64,000 nucleotides of DNA from Phyllosticta citribraziliensis (taxonomy: Eukaryota). The notes beneath the pieces are model-generated. The model saw only the letters and a list, made by a program, of their open reading frames with translations, made no database searches and was not told where the DNA came from. Each line of letters starts with the position of its first letter. Position 1 is the first letter of the stretch. Location: the NCBI RefSeq assembly GCF_038025025.1, contig NW_027117346.1, forward strand, positions 806,001 to 870,000. Reading direction: 5' to 3'. The position numbers were made by a program, and so were the translations under genes. Shown one piece after another: positions 40,601 to 52,994 of the stretch.

Positions 40601-41511
40601 CCTTTGTGGCGCGTAACAACGGACTGGAGCCGCAGGATCTGGTCAAGACGTACTTGACGGGCACGTTTGTGGCCGTATGCGTGGGCTTCTACTGCGGCAA
40701 CACGGTATGCCTGCCAGCAGACCCGCGACATCGTATGAACTGCCCCAAGCAGAACCCGTCGCGCGTCTACACGCCTGCAGGCACCGTGTCGTGGGGAGGC
40801 TCTTGCATGAGCCTATACCCGGTCGACAGCCCCGGGGGGTACCAGATGACGGGGCGCACGGTGCCGAGCTTTGACGCGCTGGGGTGGCGCAAGGGATGCA
40901 GCCCGGTGCGGCCGTGGGTCTTTCAGGATTGGGATCTTTTGACCTATTCCGAGATCAGCGAGGATGAGATGGGGCGCACGCTGGCCAAGTGGGAGGCTGG
41001 ATTGTATGAATGGGAGTGGGAGGAGGTCTTGTTCGATGTGGCTGAGCACAACGAATTGCTGAAGAAGACCAAGGACGAGGTCGTGGCTGTCAGGGAGAGG
41101 CAGCGCAAAGCGAATGCCGAGATGATGAAGGAGGAGCAGATAAGCCTGGCCAAGTGGAGAGAGGAGAAGAGCAAAGTCGGTCTCGACATGGGGACGGTCG
41201 AGAAATTGCTGGACGGTAAGAGTGCCATTTCCACCTCTTCTCATCTTGTTGGTTTACTAAGTTTGCCCAAAGACCCCGCAATCGTGGCCATCGAAGCGCC
41301 CGTCGACGCCAATGTCTGGAAGGTCGAGGTCGCCGACGGCGTCGCCCTCGAACCCAATCACCTCGTCTCCATTCTCGAAGCCATGAAGCTCGAGATTGCG
41401 GTGCGGCTACCGGATGACATCAAGGCTCCCGCAAAGATTGAAAAGGTGTTGGTCAAGCCCGGCGAGACGGTGAGCGCAGGAGCCAAGATTGCGCTTGTGC
41501 GGAGAGGGTGA
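37628..41511 (+). CDS. lamA: Urea-carboxylase-like biotin enzyme (biotin carboxylase + AHS2/PxpC-like + AHS1/PxpB-like + biotinyl domain); likely lamA
   Basis: Motifs LLIANRGEIA, PGYGFLSEN, GGGGMG, ERECSIQRRHQK, FLEMNTRLQVEH, SGPMD, HPSN, VDSPGGYQMTGRT and biotin-lysine EAMKLE. No N-terminal amidase domain. Introns 37676-37727, 40181-40224 and 41216-41272. The symbol is inferred from the divergent pairing with lamB. Confidence 0.88.
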
Positions 41512-43603
41512 TGGAGAGATGCATGTGGGATGAACCCAGATGGAGGTTTTGGTAGAGTGAGGGGAAGTCCCTGATTTTGGTCGCCTTGGCTAGAGTTTGA
41601 TTGGCTGACAGAGGTCCTGGTCTGGCATCCATAAGTGTGAGATGCAAAGTGCTTGTTTTTTGCGAATGCTTCGTCCTCTTGGTGCTGCGATATTACGTGT
41701 TGGAATGCGTTTCGAACAACCGTATCACGCGTAGAAGCACTGTCGACTTCTTGCCAGGAAGTTCCATCGTTGGATGGTCAGTTTCGAGATTGTGCAGCCG
41801 CGGAAACGGTGAGAGCGCCTCCAGCCAGTGGGACTGGTCTTGTGAATCCCCTGCGCAAGCCTCTTCAGCAAGCAGCACAGAGGCGCGAGCAAACGCGTGT
41901 GCGTGCGCCGTCCCCTGACGCAAGCAGAGATTACAAAACAAAGGGCGGCGACGGGTGGCTGAGGTGAGCGATGCGAGTGATGAGCAAGAGGCGCGTGGGC
42001 CAGCCCGACACCCGAGACCCGACAGCCCGTCACCTCAGCGGCTGGGATGAACCAAGCCCTGCCGAGAGGTTAATGGGGCAATTAATACGCCGACGTATTG
42101 ACGCCCTGACAAAGACCAAGACGGAGTGACGAAGAGGAGATGAAAGAAGAGACTTCTGGATTTCTCTCCAATGGCTCTCGGACTTCGGGGTCCTCCGTGC
42201 GTGCGTGCGCGGCTCGGTCGTTGCCGGACAGAGCGAGGGGAAGGGGAGAGAGGGGGATCGTCATCCGGGCCCGGCGTAGTCGCCAGTGTGATACGAGTAC
42301 GGAATTTGGCGGAGTTGGTTGTTGCTGCCTGTCTGCGAGGGTGGCTGTAGCAAATGCGAGGAAGCACGACGGGCAAAGGGGCAGAGAGACAGTGTGTGAG
42401 AGAGAGATTCCTTCATCAGAGAGGTTTGGGGGGCCAAAAGCTGGTTGGTACACGGTGGCACTGGGCTGGCTCGGCTCGCCACGGGCATTGGTGTTTCTGG
42501 CGCCCGCTTGGCAACGGCAAGCCACTCGTTCAGCGTGGACGTTGTTTGCAATGCGGATGGTGTAGTTTGAGTTGGCGTTCGTGTTGTGGTTGACAGGAGC
42601 GAGCGGGTGAGCGGGCTCCAACGGTCGACTAGCGGTGGGTTCCGGTCCCTTCACAAAGTCAATTCCAACCTCGCCAGCTAGAGACACCCGTACACCATGT
42701 CGACCTTTTCATTTGCAGTCTTGTCGTACAGAGTCCTACACGCGCTCATGCCCTTTGGCCATGGATCTTATCTCCGAAGCGGCGGGCTTCCGGCTGTTTG
42801 TGGCTTGGACAAGTGAACACAGCGTGCTGCGGCTGGACCGGAGAGAGGACGAATGCCTGTCCTGATCATGACGATGGGGCTTTCGCTTGGACGCGTCGGC
42901 GCAACGGCCAGTTTGGTGAGTTGGGTCGGGTCCGGTCGCTGAGGTGGAGTGGACGTGGGGTGAAGTCGAAGAGAAGTGAAAGTGGTCGCGTGCCCTTGTA
43001 GAACACTCCCATCGACCGGACTCCCCGCCAGATCCAACTCCACTTGGCCTACAGCACCTTACGATGCCGAAGCAAACCAGGTCCAGTACACGGATGTCTC
43101 TTTGCCGGCTCGGCGCTACGAATGCCATGGCATCGTCAGTCAGCCAACGTAAGGTAATGGACGTCGCCCCGGCTGCACGCGACCTCTTGCCTGCTTAGTC
43201 GCTTGCGCAGTGCAGTGCAGCCTGGCTGTCTCTTGCCATCCAAGTCAAACCTGCCCTGCCTGCCCTGCCCTATGGCCCCACCACCCTCTCACCTGGCCTG
43301 TCGTCTCATCATCGCTCTCTCACCCTCTTCCCTTTTCTTCTGTTTGCTGCTTTGGGTACCCTCCCACCATCACTCCCCATGTACCAACATTGACGTCTTC
43401 TCCAAACCACCACCGCCGCCTTGTCTCTTCTTCTGCTTCTCTTTTCCCTGTAAATATTGCACTTTATCCCTCCCTCCCCCCTCTCCCTTGACACCCTCTG
43501 GCTGCCACGTCCCCTGCGGCCGCGTCACCCATTCGTGTGACCTCTGCTGGATACATAATCCCTAGATTGTCTCCTCCTCCCCCTCGACCAAGCCTTGGTC
43601 GTC

Positions 43604-44588
43604 ATGAGGGTCTTGGGTCTGCTCACCTCGGCTGCTGTCGTCGTCACAGTCTCGGCCTCAGCCATTCCCACTGCCAAAAATTACAAACATGAACTGGTGC
43701 GGCGAGAAGATACAAAATACTTTCGTACGTGGACTGCCCCTTTCCCCTGCCAGGCAACTGAATCATCTAACAGACGACAGACGAGCCTGGGTAAGTCGCC
43801 GCGTACCAGTTGATCGTGCTTCGCAAATATTTCTAACACTGAAATCAGCGGCAGCGAGATTCTAGGCCATTACGATTTGAGATATTTCAAGGGCCAGGAC
43901 AGCTACGAGGACCGCTTGCTCACGCTCCGCCACCTGACGCGAGCCTACCTCACCTGGTTCCGGGAACATGGTCTGGAGACGTGGATCGCGCACGGCACGC
44001 TGCTTGGTTGGTGGTGGAGCGGCGGCATGCTGCCGTGGGACTGGGACGTCGACACCCAAGTGGCCGACTCGACCCTCGTCCACCTCGCCCAAAACTACAA
44101 CATGACGCGCTGGCCGTACGAGTCGGACCTGGGCGACGATGTCAAGCGCGAGTACCTGCTCGACGTGAATCCCTACTCGGCGGAACGCATCCGAGGCGAT
44201 GGAAACAACGTCATCGACGCTCGATGGATCGACACGAGCAATGGCCTGTACATCGACATTACCGGCCTGACTGAGACGCGGCCAGACGAGGATCCAGGTG
44301 TCTGGAGCTGTAAAAACGAGCATCGTTATAGGACGAGGGATTTGTTTCCACTGCGCCCAACCTTGTTTGAGGGTGTTGTTGCTTGGGTACCCTTTAACTA
44401 CGCCAAAATTCTTGTCGAAGAATACAACAACAAGGCGTTGACACTGGAAGAGTACGAAGGGTAAGTTTGCTGCCCATTTTGGCAAAGCTGGACACTTACA
44501 CTTGGGCAGTCATCGGTGGGACCAGCAGTCGTTCCAGTGGGTGAAGTTGGAAAAAGAGGGCGAGGGGGGAGACCAGCCTACTTCATGA
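43604..44588 (+). CDS. Secreted LicD/MNN4/fukutin-family phosphotransferase
   Basis: Signal peptide MRVLGLLTSAAVVVTVSASA. Spliced KYFHEPG...LGHYDLRYF, then WIAHGTLLGWWW, LPWDWDVDTQV, NVIDARWID and YIDITGL. Exons 43604-43724, 43781-43790, 43849-44460 and 44510-44588. Confidence 0.9.
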
Positions 44589-45040
44589 TGTGACGATGGA
44601 CATTTGCATGTGTGTTTTTGTGGAATGGGTTCTGGTTTTTCAGATGTTTAGCATGATACCCCAGGCGTCTGCCAAGCGACAGCATCAATCGGCGTTGCAT
44701 GAGCTGCGGAAGCATGGCGACTGCCACCTTGTCAAAGCTGATTCTTTGTAAAGCAATATCAATCAAAAACGTTGGACACAGGAAGTAGTCATGGTCACGA
44801 CATGACGGTTGGGATTAAGTTGAGGCAAAAGGCGAGGAAGCTTTTTGGCCAAGCCCGAGCCACGCTAAACCGTGTTGATGACCTCATTTGTAATCGGAGA
44901 CGCTGCGGATGCGACTGGAAATCGGACGAAATCCATCCCCGTCCCCCTCGACATAACCTATACATATCCTCCGTCAGCCGCAACCATGTCGCCTCCTCTC
45001 CATACAACCTTCCCTTACGAATCTGGCAAACGACACCGCC

Positions 45041-46219
45041 ATGGCATCGAACGCTGAAGCCTCTACAACTCCTCAATACCAACCCACATCGCCGACTCGA
45101 GGTCTACCGTCAAGCGACGACCAGGTAGCCGCCACGAACGACGCTCACGATGAAACCTCGCCCGCGAACGATGACAACCCCCTCTACCTCTCCTCGCCCA
45201 CGGCCGACTCCATCGCCCTCACCCTAACCCACCACGGGACCAAATACACTCTCCACTTCGCCCCTCGCGCGACGCTCTCCGACCTCTCCTCCGCCATCTC
45301 GACGCACCCCTCCTTCCAGCTCCCGCCCACCCACCAGAAGCTGCTCATATCGCCCAAACCGGGGCTCGTCAAGCCGCCCTTCAGCGCCGCACATGCCTCG
45401 CTGCCCCTCGCTTCTCTCGTCTCGCGCAAGATCCAACTCCTCGGCCACGCCCCCGCCGCCATCGCCGCCCTGCAACACGCTGTCACGGCCGGCACCACCG
45501 CACACGCCGCGCGCTCCAACCGCGCGTACCCCGTCGCGCCCGCCACGCCCGCGCCGACACGGCAGCGCAGCGCGCAAGCGGCGGCCGACGCCACATACAC
45601 GTTCTCTGCCATCCGGCCGCTGCCACACCTCCCGCACGCCGAGCGCAGCGCGGCCCTCCTGCGGCGCCTCGCCGACGACGCGGGGATCCGCAGCGCGATG
45701 CGGACGCACCGGTTCCGCGTCGGGCTGCTGACGGAGATGGACCCGGCGGCGCACACGACGCACGAGTCGCGCACGCTGGGCCTGAACCGCAACCGCGGCG
45801 AGGTGGTCGAGCTGCGGCTGCGCACCGACGCGTACGACGGCTACCGCGACTACCGCACCATCCGCCGCACCCTGTGCCACGAGCTGGCGCACAACGTGTG
45901 GGGCGACCACGACCGCAACTTTTGGGACTTGTGTCGCGCCATTGAGAAGGAGGTCGAGCGCGCCGATTGGACGAGGGGCGGACGGAGGGTTGGCGGCAGT
46001 GGCGGCGATGAGGTGTACGAGCCCCCTGGCGATCCGGAGTTGAGGGGCGATGCCGTCGACCATGGTGGGTGGACGGGCGGGACGTTTGTGCTGGGCGGCG
46101 GCGCGAGCGGGACGTTGAGTAGTAGTGTGAGCAGTCCAGCTAGTCGGAGGGAAATGATGGCCAAAGCCGCGGAGGAGAGGGCCAAGAGGGCAAGTCGGGA
46201 GAAGGAGGGAGAGAAGTAG
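45041..46219 (+). CDS. UBL-WLM (Wss1-family) zinc metalloprotease with Cdc48/p97-binding motifs
   Basis: Ubiquitin-like segment (TLTHHGTKYTL...QKLLI) and WLM motifs LLTEMDP, LGLNRNRG, LRLRTD and HELAHNV. C-terminal REMMAKAAEER fits the VIM pattern RX5AAX2R; SHP-like GG motifs are present. Confidence 0.9.
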   Translation: MASNAEASTTPQYQPTSPTRGLPSSDDQVAATNDAHDETSPANDDNPLYLSSPTADSIALTLTHHGTKYTLHFAPRATLSDLSSAISTHPSFQLPPTHQKLLISPKPGLVKPPFSAAHASLPLASLVSRKIQLLGHAPAAIAALQHAVTAGTTAHAARSNRAYPVAPATPAPTRQRSAQAAADATYTFSAIRPLPHLPHAERSAALLRRLADDAGIRSAMRTHRFRVGLLTEMDPAAHTTHESRTLGLNRNRGEVVELRLRTDAYDGYRDYRTIRRTLCHELAHNVWGDHDRNFWDLCRAIEKEVERADWTRGGRRVGGSGGDEVYEPPGDPELRGDAVDHGGWTGGTFVLGGGASGTLSSSVSSPASRREMMAKAAEERAKRASREKEGEK

Positions 46220-46588
46220 GTGGATAAGGGCATCCATCAACGCATAAAAAGATAGCAAACGATTCCCCAATGGCAGCTCATTCACACTTCTCAAAAAAGA
46301 CTTTTTGCAAGACAAATAGTCATTGGATATCATTCTCCCTGTATCTGGGAACCCTCCCTGCCCATCCTATCCTGAATACCATGCCATGATGCGTTGTTCG
46401 TGTCTGCTACATTTTGACCGAAAGACGTGAAGAAACAAAAAAAAAAAAAAGGAAACGCCGAATGCTTTTGCAAAAAAAAGATCCAAGCCACGCAGCAATT
46501 TTTGGTTTCGACCCGATAGGGCAAAGCAAAAGCCGGGGCAGCAAAAAGGACGTCAAGAACAAAACCCTCCTTGTACATTACAATGAGC

Positions 46589-48164
46589 TCATGCCTTGAA
46601 AATCTTCTCCAGGCCCTCGAGCAGAATGTCGGCGTGGTGCCTCTGGAAGATCAACATGGGCCGCAGACGGACGGCGGCGGCACCGCTGCCACCAATGTTG
46701 ATGCCGATAGTCTTGGCCTTGGCCAGCACCTCGTCACGGCGGGGGCTGTCCCAGGCAATGAAGGTGCCCTGGCCCTTGCCCCTGAGGCTCTGGATCTCGT
46801 TGGGATACTTTTGCTGCAGTTGCTCGAGTCCCTGGTAGAGGTAGTCGCCAGTGATGGCCGTGTTCTCGACGAGGTTGAGGGCCTCGATTTCCTCAATGAT
46901 GGCGCGGAAGAGGATGGCGCGGGCAGGGTCACCCATCCAGGTGTTGAACTGGCGGTACGGCTTGTTGGGACGGAGCTCGTTGTTGCCAAAGTAGTAGCCA
47001 GCAGTTTGGGCCTTCTTGGAGAAGGTAACCATGTCGGGAGGCGTGGGGAGGTCCCAGTGCTCGTGCGCCCAGAACTTGCCCGTGGCGCCAACACCAGTCT
47101 GGACCTCGTCAACAATCATGAGGATGTCGTGCTTCTTTGTAATTTCGCGGAGGCCGCGGAAGAAGGCCGGCGAGGCGTGGTTGTCGCCACCCTCGGACTG
47201 AACGGGCTCGATGATGATGGCAGCGGGCGGGTTGTGGTAGGTGGTGAGCAGGCGCTCAGTCTCCTCGAGGCAGCGCTTCTCCTCGGCAGCGTTCTCGGCG
47301 GCGTACTGGTCGAGAGGGTACTTGCACATGGGGAAGGGAGCCTGAGGCCAGTCAAAGGCGGGAATGTCGAGCTTGTGGATGGGCTTGCTGCGGGTGGTGG
47401 AGAGCGATCCAAACATGCGACCGTGGAAGCCAGACTTGAAGGAGAGGATGGAGAAGTTGGGAGCACCAGGCTGAGCGTTGTTCATGGACGACAGCATCTC
47501 CTCCTCGGTGAACTCGACGTGGGCACCACCGCGCTGTTGTTGCCTCTTCCACATGAAAGCGGCCTTGAAGGCCAGCTCGTTGGCATCGGATCCAGACTGG
47601 CCGGTAAAGACCTGGTTGCAGCCCTTGGGCGCCACCTTGAGAATGCCAGTCTCGAGAATCTCGGCCCAGTCGTGCTGAGGAAAGTTGCCGAGCGCCGGGC
47701 GGTTGATGATGGCGCTGGCCATCTCCGGCGAGGTGGCGGCCTTGAGAAGGGTCGCGTTGTTGTAACCAACGGGGATGGAAGCAATCTGGGCGTAGCTGCA
47801 GGAGTCAGCAGAGATTCTCAAGATCAGCATGTCCGACTTACACATCAAGCAGCACGTTGCCGTCCAAGTCGGCAATGTAGTTGCCCGAGCTGGCGCGGTA
47901 GTCGGCCATCATGTTCAAGCTGCGCGTGTCAAAGACCTTCTCCAGGCGGTCAATGGCGGGCTTGGTCTGAGGACCCGGAATCTGGGTGCGGATGACGGGG
48001 CCGGCGGGCTCATTGTGGAAGAGCGAGGGCTCGGTGCCGTTGGTGGCAGTCGCAGCAGCAGCAGCAGCAGCGGTGGCATACTTCCTGCTGGGCACAGCAA
48101 CCCTTGCGGAGGCGCGCGCAACAGCAGGAGAAACCTTGGGGACGGAGCGGGCGAAGGAGGCCAT
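46589..48164 (-). CDS. gatA: 4-aminobutyrate (GABA) aminotransferase with mitochondrial-type presequence
   Basis: Motifs [59 protein letters not shown], PLP-lysine FSKK and FNTWMGDP. Intron 47796-47841. Confidence 0.97.
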
Positions 48165-48919
48165 GGTGAAGAGTGGCAGTGTGTGTGGGCAGGGAGAACG
48201 GATGCCGTGGACGGGCGGAAAAAGGGCAGGAGCGTGGCGGTTTCCCCGCGTTGAAGGTTGGCACGGGCGAAGTTTGTCTGAGGCGGTTGCTGACGGGGGT
48301 GAGAAGGGTGGGTAGGTCCAAAGGCTGAGAGTAAGGAAGAGGATGCGATGATTCAGGAACGAGGGCGAGCAGGCGTTTATATCCAGGCTGGTGGTGTTTG
48401 GGTGGAGAATTGTTCAGGTCAGGTCAACCAAGACCCCAGGACTATCTGGCGTACCGTAGGGCGTGCAGGGGCGTCGGGGCCGAGCAGCGAATCGACGCAC
48501 GCCAAGATGGCGCCCTTGACGCCGCGGGGAAAGCCTAGGCCGAGAGTGGGTACTGCATGCGACGGCCATGGCGTGTACGGCGCTCTCTGCACACCAACAG
48601 TGCCACGATAAGACGCTCTCTCCCGCAAACAATTACCAAATCTTCACCTGTATCCACTGCTCCGCTGCTCCGTCTCCCGGAGTATCGCAAGAATCGCAAA
48701 AACACCACTGCCCCGACCTTCCCCGAATCCTCCCGATGTCGCTGTCGAGATGCAACCAGCCAAGCTAACCATGCTCAAAACGCCTTTTCCATCAGAGCCA
48801 CCCCACGCCGACTTTTGCGTCGGAACCCAGAACCCAACTGACCATGCAGCAACCGAAGAAAGCATTATTAAAATTTCTGGACAAGTCGAATCGCAACCAC
48901 TGCCTCCATCATCCCCTCG

Positions 48920-51900
48920 TCACCTGCCGCTGGTGATGCCCAGCTGCCGCAACCGCTCCGGATTCATGCGATCAAAATTGCCTTCGCACGAGTCGCTGGT
49001 CGATGGCGTCGCCAGCTGCATCGGACTGGGATGACCGTTGGCTCCAGACGCGTCTGCACCGTCTACCCTGACAGCCATGTTCCTCTCTACGTTGGCTTCG
49101 TTGAGCAGTTTGGTCGAATTCTCCGTAGCCTCGCCATCCGCCGCCATGCCTTGATTTGCGTCGCCACCCTCGAAAGCATCCACGTCGTCTTGCTCGTCCA
49201 TGGGACTACCATCGGCTGGAGGCGGCGGTGGAGGTGGTGGCGGGGCCAGCTGTGCCATCTTCTGCTTTTTCGATGCCGAGGACACGTCGTCGTCTGGCGA
49301 GGTGCCGTTGGGAGTCTCCTCGTCCCTTTTGCGCTTGGAGTGACTGTCGGTCTGCGAGATGGGGGATTCTTCGTTTGCGTCTGCAAACTCGTCGTCGGAA
49401 ATATCGGGCATCCCTTCGTCTTCTGCTTTGGCGTCCTCTGGGGTCTGCTTGACTCCTGGCTCACCAAGCGGCGTCGTGCTCCCATTCTCTTCGGGAGCCG
49501 TGGGCTTCGCCTTTTCTTGCGTCCGCTTGCGATCCTCGCGCTCTTTCCTCTTCTTCACCGCCTTGCCAAGGAACTCCTTGCAGTGCTGTTTGATACCAGC
49601 AATTTGCTTCTTGGCTATTTTGGTAGGATCTTGAACCCGGCCGTTTTTGTAATCCGAGTTGGCCAGCTTGTCCGATAGCTGGAACATGTCAGCGACTGAG
49701 GTCATTCAGGGCTTGGAAGCTTACCTCTTTGCCAAACCGCTTCAGGTCGTCCCTGGGCAGCTTGTTCTTGAACTCGTGGAGGACGGCATTTATGTGGGGC
49801 CACATCTGACAACTGTTAGCATGTCGGCTGAGAACAAGGCCAAAGAGGCTCACAATCTTTTTGTACAGCTTCTTTTGCTGTTCTTCTGTAAGCGTCCTCC
49901 ACTTCTCCGTGCTCGGCTTCTTCTCCTTTTTCGCAGATTCGGTCGCTTGGGGAGTCGTCGACTCGGCAGGGGTCTGCGTCTTGGGCGTCCCACCCTCCGT
50001 GATACTACGGATGATGTCTTCTAATCGCCTAGACTGTTCATTTTCTCGGGGAGGTGGAGGTGGTTGCGCAGCTGGAGCGGTTGGACGTTGCCAGGTAGTT
50101 TCGCCGCTGGAACTATAATAATACGGTTTTCCACGATCATTGTGAGCCATGAACCATCCCGGAGGAAGGGGCAATTGAGGCGGACGACGAAATTGTCTTG
50201 CTTGCGCAAAAGGTGGTCTTGCAGGGAGCGCGTTGCGAGGAGCGGAGGGGCCCTTGGGAGCTGCTGGTGACTTTGATCGCGACCTTGAACGCTTCCTCTC
50301 ACGCTCCTCCCGCTCGTTGCGCCTTGATTCGACGACAATGTTTGGATCGCGCTTGACTCGAGGTATGCGGTATTCCATCTTCAGCTGGCTCCATTCGTAA
50401 AGGAGGCGACCGGCTTTGCTGGCTACCTGCTCATGCTCGCTACTCTTGAGCTTCTCGACCGTCTCCTCAATATTTGAATTTTGAATCTTGTTGCGGGACA
50501 AGCGTGGCATCTTGTCCAGAATTTCCAGAATCTGCAGGCAAACATTGTTGTCGTCAAAGAAGTTGTTGAGGGCGGTTTTGAGGATCTGGTAGCCATGCAT
50601 GCGAATCACCCGATTCATGACCCTTTCATCGTCGCTGCGCTGAATACGGCTCAGAAGCTTAACGGCAATCCACTTCTCCTTGCACTGCATGAGCGTTGCC
50701 ATGACTTTGGTGACGCCGCCTTCCTCAAGAGACTTTGGCTGAACATTGTTGACATATTCTTCGTCGTCTTCGGCAACCTTTTTCTTGCGGGGCTTCTTGG
50801 CAACGGCGGTATCCCAGCCGTCCGAGTCGTCAATTCCGAGGGCTTCGATGGTGGTGTGCGAGAGCTTGGTGGCCCGTTCGGTCTGCGTCTTGCCTCCAAT
50901 GTAGCCTGTGCAATTTTGCTCGCCGCAATAGCATGGTTGAGGGTCAGCGCCATAGCGATCGACGTTGTAGTTGAAGACGAGCTCCTCGCCGGCTCTGATG
51001 TGTCTCTCGGCAAAGATGCCCATGCGCAGTTTGTCACCGACCACCCACTTGTCGACGTAGCAATTGGGATTGCACGAGTGGTTGCAAAAGCGTCCCAGGT
51101 TTCCTTTCTTCGTTGCATCGACAAATTCGCCTTTGGTGAGCGACATGAAATAAAAATGCTTAATGCCCTCGTGGTCGTATTGGGTCATCCGGCGGCGAAA
51201 GTGGCCCTCATTAATGACCTCCCCAATGTACTCGAAAACAAAGTCATTTGGCTTCAGGTTGGCGTTTGCACGCAACCCATATCCTTTCTTTTCGGTTTTG
51301 ATGACTGTCACGTCGGCGTTTTGTTTCCTCAGGAATCGCTGGTTTTGGCAGTTTGGGCCGCAGCCGCAATCGCCGACGCACTCCATCTTGGTAGCGCGGT
51401 TGATGCAATCCGAGTCTTCGCCGCACGCGAGGTTTTCCTTGCTCTCCGAGTCTAGAAATGTCAGCAATGCGCAGAGAAACCAAGGCGAGAGCCATACCCC
51501 ACTCCTCGGCGCAGTCGCACTCGAGGGCGTGCTCGGTCGAGCCCATGTACTTGTTGCCGTAGGTGCATTCCTCGAGAAGAGTAAAAGTCGTGGTAGACTC
51601 TAGAGTCTTGTCCTCGTAGTCGAGGAAGAGCGGCGGCGGTTTCTTCTCGATCCTCTGCGACGATGAGCGCGCAAGTTTGGGAGCCTTGCCGGGCTCTAGC
51701 TTTACCGTGATGTCGCCACCAACGACTTCTTCGCCCTCCAGGCTCTCGGCGGGGGTTTGGCTGCCGCTCTCCATCTTAGCGGGGGTATGTGGGCTCGATT
51801 TGACGGCAGACTTGGGTGGCGAGGCGGATCCATTCGCGGTCAGGGCCTGCTCCTGCCTGTCCGGCTCCAGCTCGCCCTGGTGATGTGCGCCTCCATCGTC

Positions 51901-51984
51901 TGCGGGGCTCTCAGTCTCAAGCTTCATGTCGCGCACCTCGGGCTCCAATTGAGCGGCTTGCCTGTCGGTTTCGCTTTCCGACAT
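48920..51984 (-). CDS. SET2: Histone H3K36 methyltransferase Set2 (AWS-SET-postSET, WW, SRI)
   Basis: [10 protein letters not shown] and CQNQRF (AWS), [11 protein letters not shown] and ELVFNY (SET), [10 protein letters not shown] (postSET), LPPGW...YYY...TTWQRP (WW) and an SRI-like C-terminus. Three introns near 51452-51496, 49807-49853 and 49679-49723. Confidence 0.97.
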
Positions 51985-52994
51985 GGTGTGCAGGCGGTCG
52001 GAGTTGACGCGGCGAAGAGCGCAGGAGAAGAGGCAAATGGGCGGATGAGGGAAAACAAGCCCCAAGACCGTCGAGCACTAAGCGATGCCGTATCTATACA
52101 GACGCTCAACTCGCAGCGGCATGACCCCGCACCACGTCTCTCACTTTGCGCGTCGGATGCGAAATGTTGGCAGGTTCGGCGGATGTCAGGCCAATTCTCA
52201 AATCTTGCCCTCGTCGGTTGAGGCACCGGGTGCGCTGCGATGCGGTCGGCGATGTCCAAGGTCGGAGGGAAGGGTCGTCGGTCGCGGGCGTAAGCGATTC
52301 GTATCGCGACTGGAGGGTCAAGGAGCCAAAGGAGCGCGCAGGCAATGCCGGTCGTGGTCTGGTAGGGAGCGTGGTGGGAGTGAAGGAGATGGGATGGTTC
52401 AGTTGGACCGGCGAAGTCGCGGAGCAGTTGGGCGGACCCCTATGGCATTATAGTTTTGGCGGGTGGTTGACGCGTTCGGCGTAGGACGACCGAAATGTGC
52501 TTGCGATCGCTGCAGGTCCCGTCACTGATGCGGTGTTTGCAAACTCCAGACACAGTCCTTGTGGATGGCGACGCAACCTCCACTGAGGCTCTACTGTCGG
52601 GTCTTGGCCTTGGACGCATCTCGGCGAAAGCGGGCTCCATGACCGACGGAACGGTACCTGCCTGCCTGCACCTATTCCAGGTCTGACCTCGACGACAGCC
52701 AATGGCGAGCGCGTAAACGTCAGAAATGATGGGACATGTTCTGCAAAAGTTTCACAATTTGGTTTGAGTACGTGTCTCGCACCAGCGATTTTTACTCTTT
52801 TTTCCCCCCTCCGTCGCTGGTTTATGTAAAAAATATACTATCAATGGGTTTGCAGTGCACAAGTTTCGAGCGTTGAGTTTACTTTGACCAAGTGGCGCAA
52901 TGAATTGACTCGATCGCTCACGGCTTATGACGCAGACAAGTCGTCGAGCTCAGGACCACGAGAAGATGGATATTATTCATGAAAGTAGAAGTGG

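Noticed and set aside
36678..48825. Shared ACGCC-N-CGTCGGAA motif in the lam promoter (36678-36697) and upstream of gatA (48805-48825)
   Set aside because: Spacing differs, the second site lies within about 100 bp of the SET2 stop, and CGTCGGAA also occurs at unrelated sites (near 49393 and 59701).
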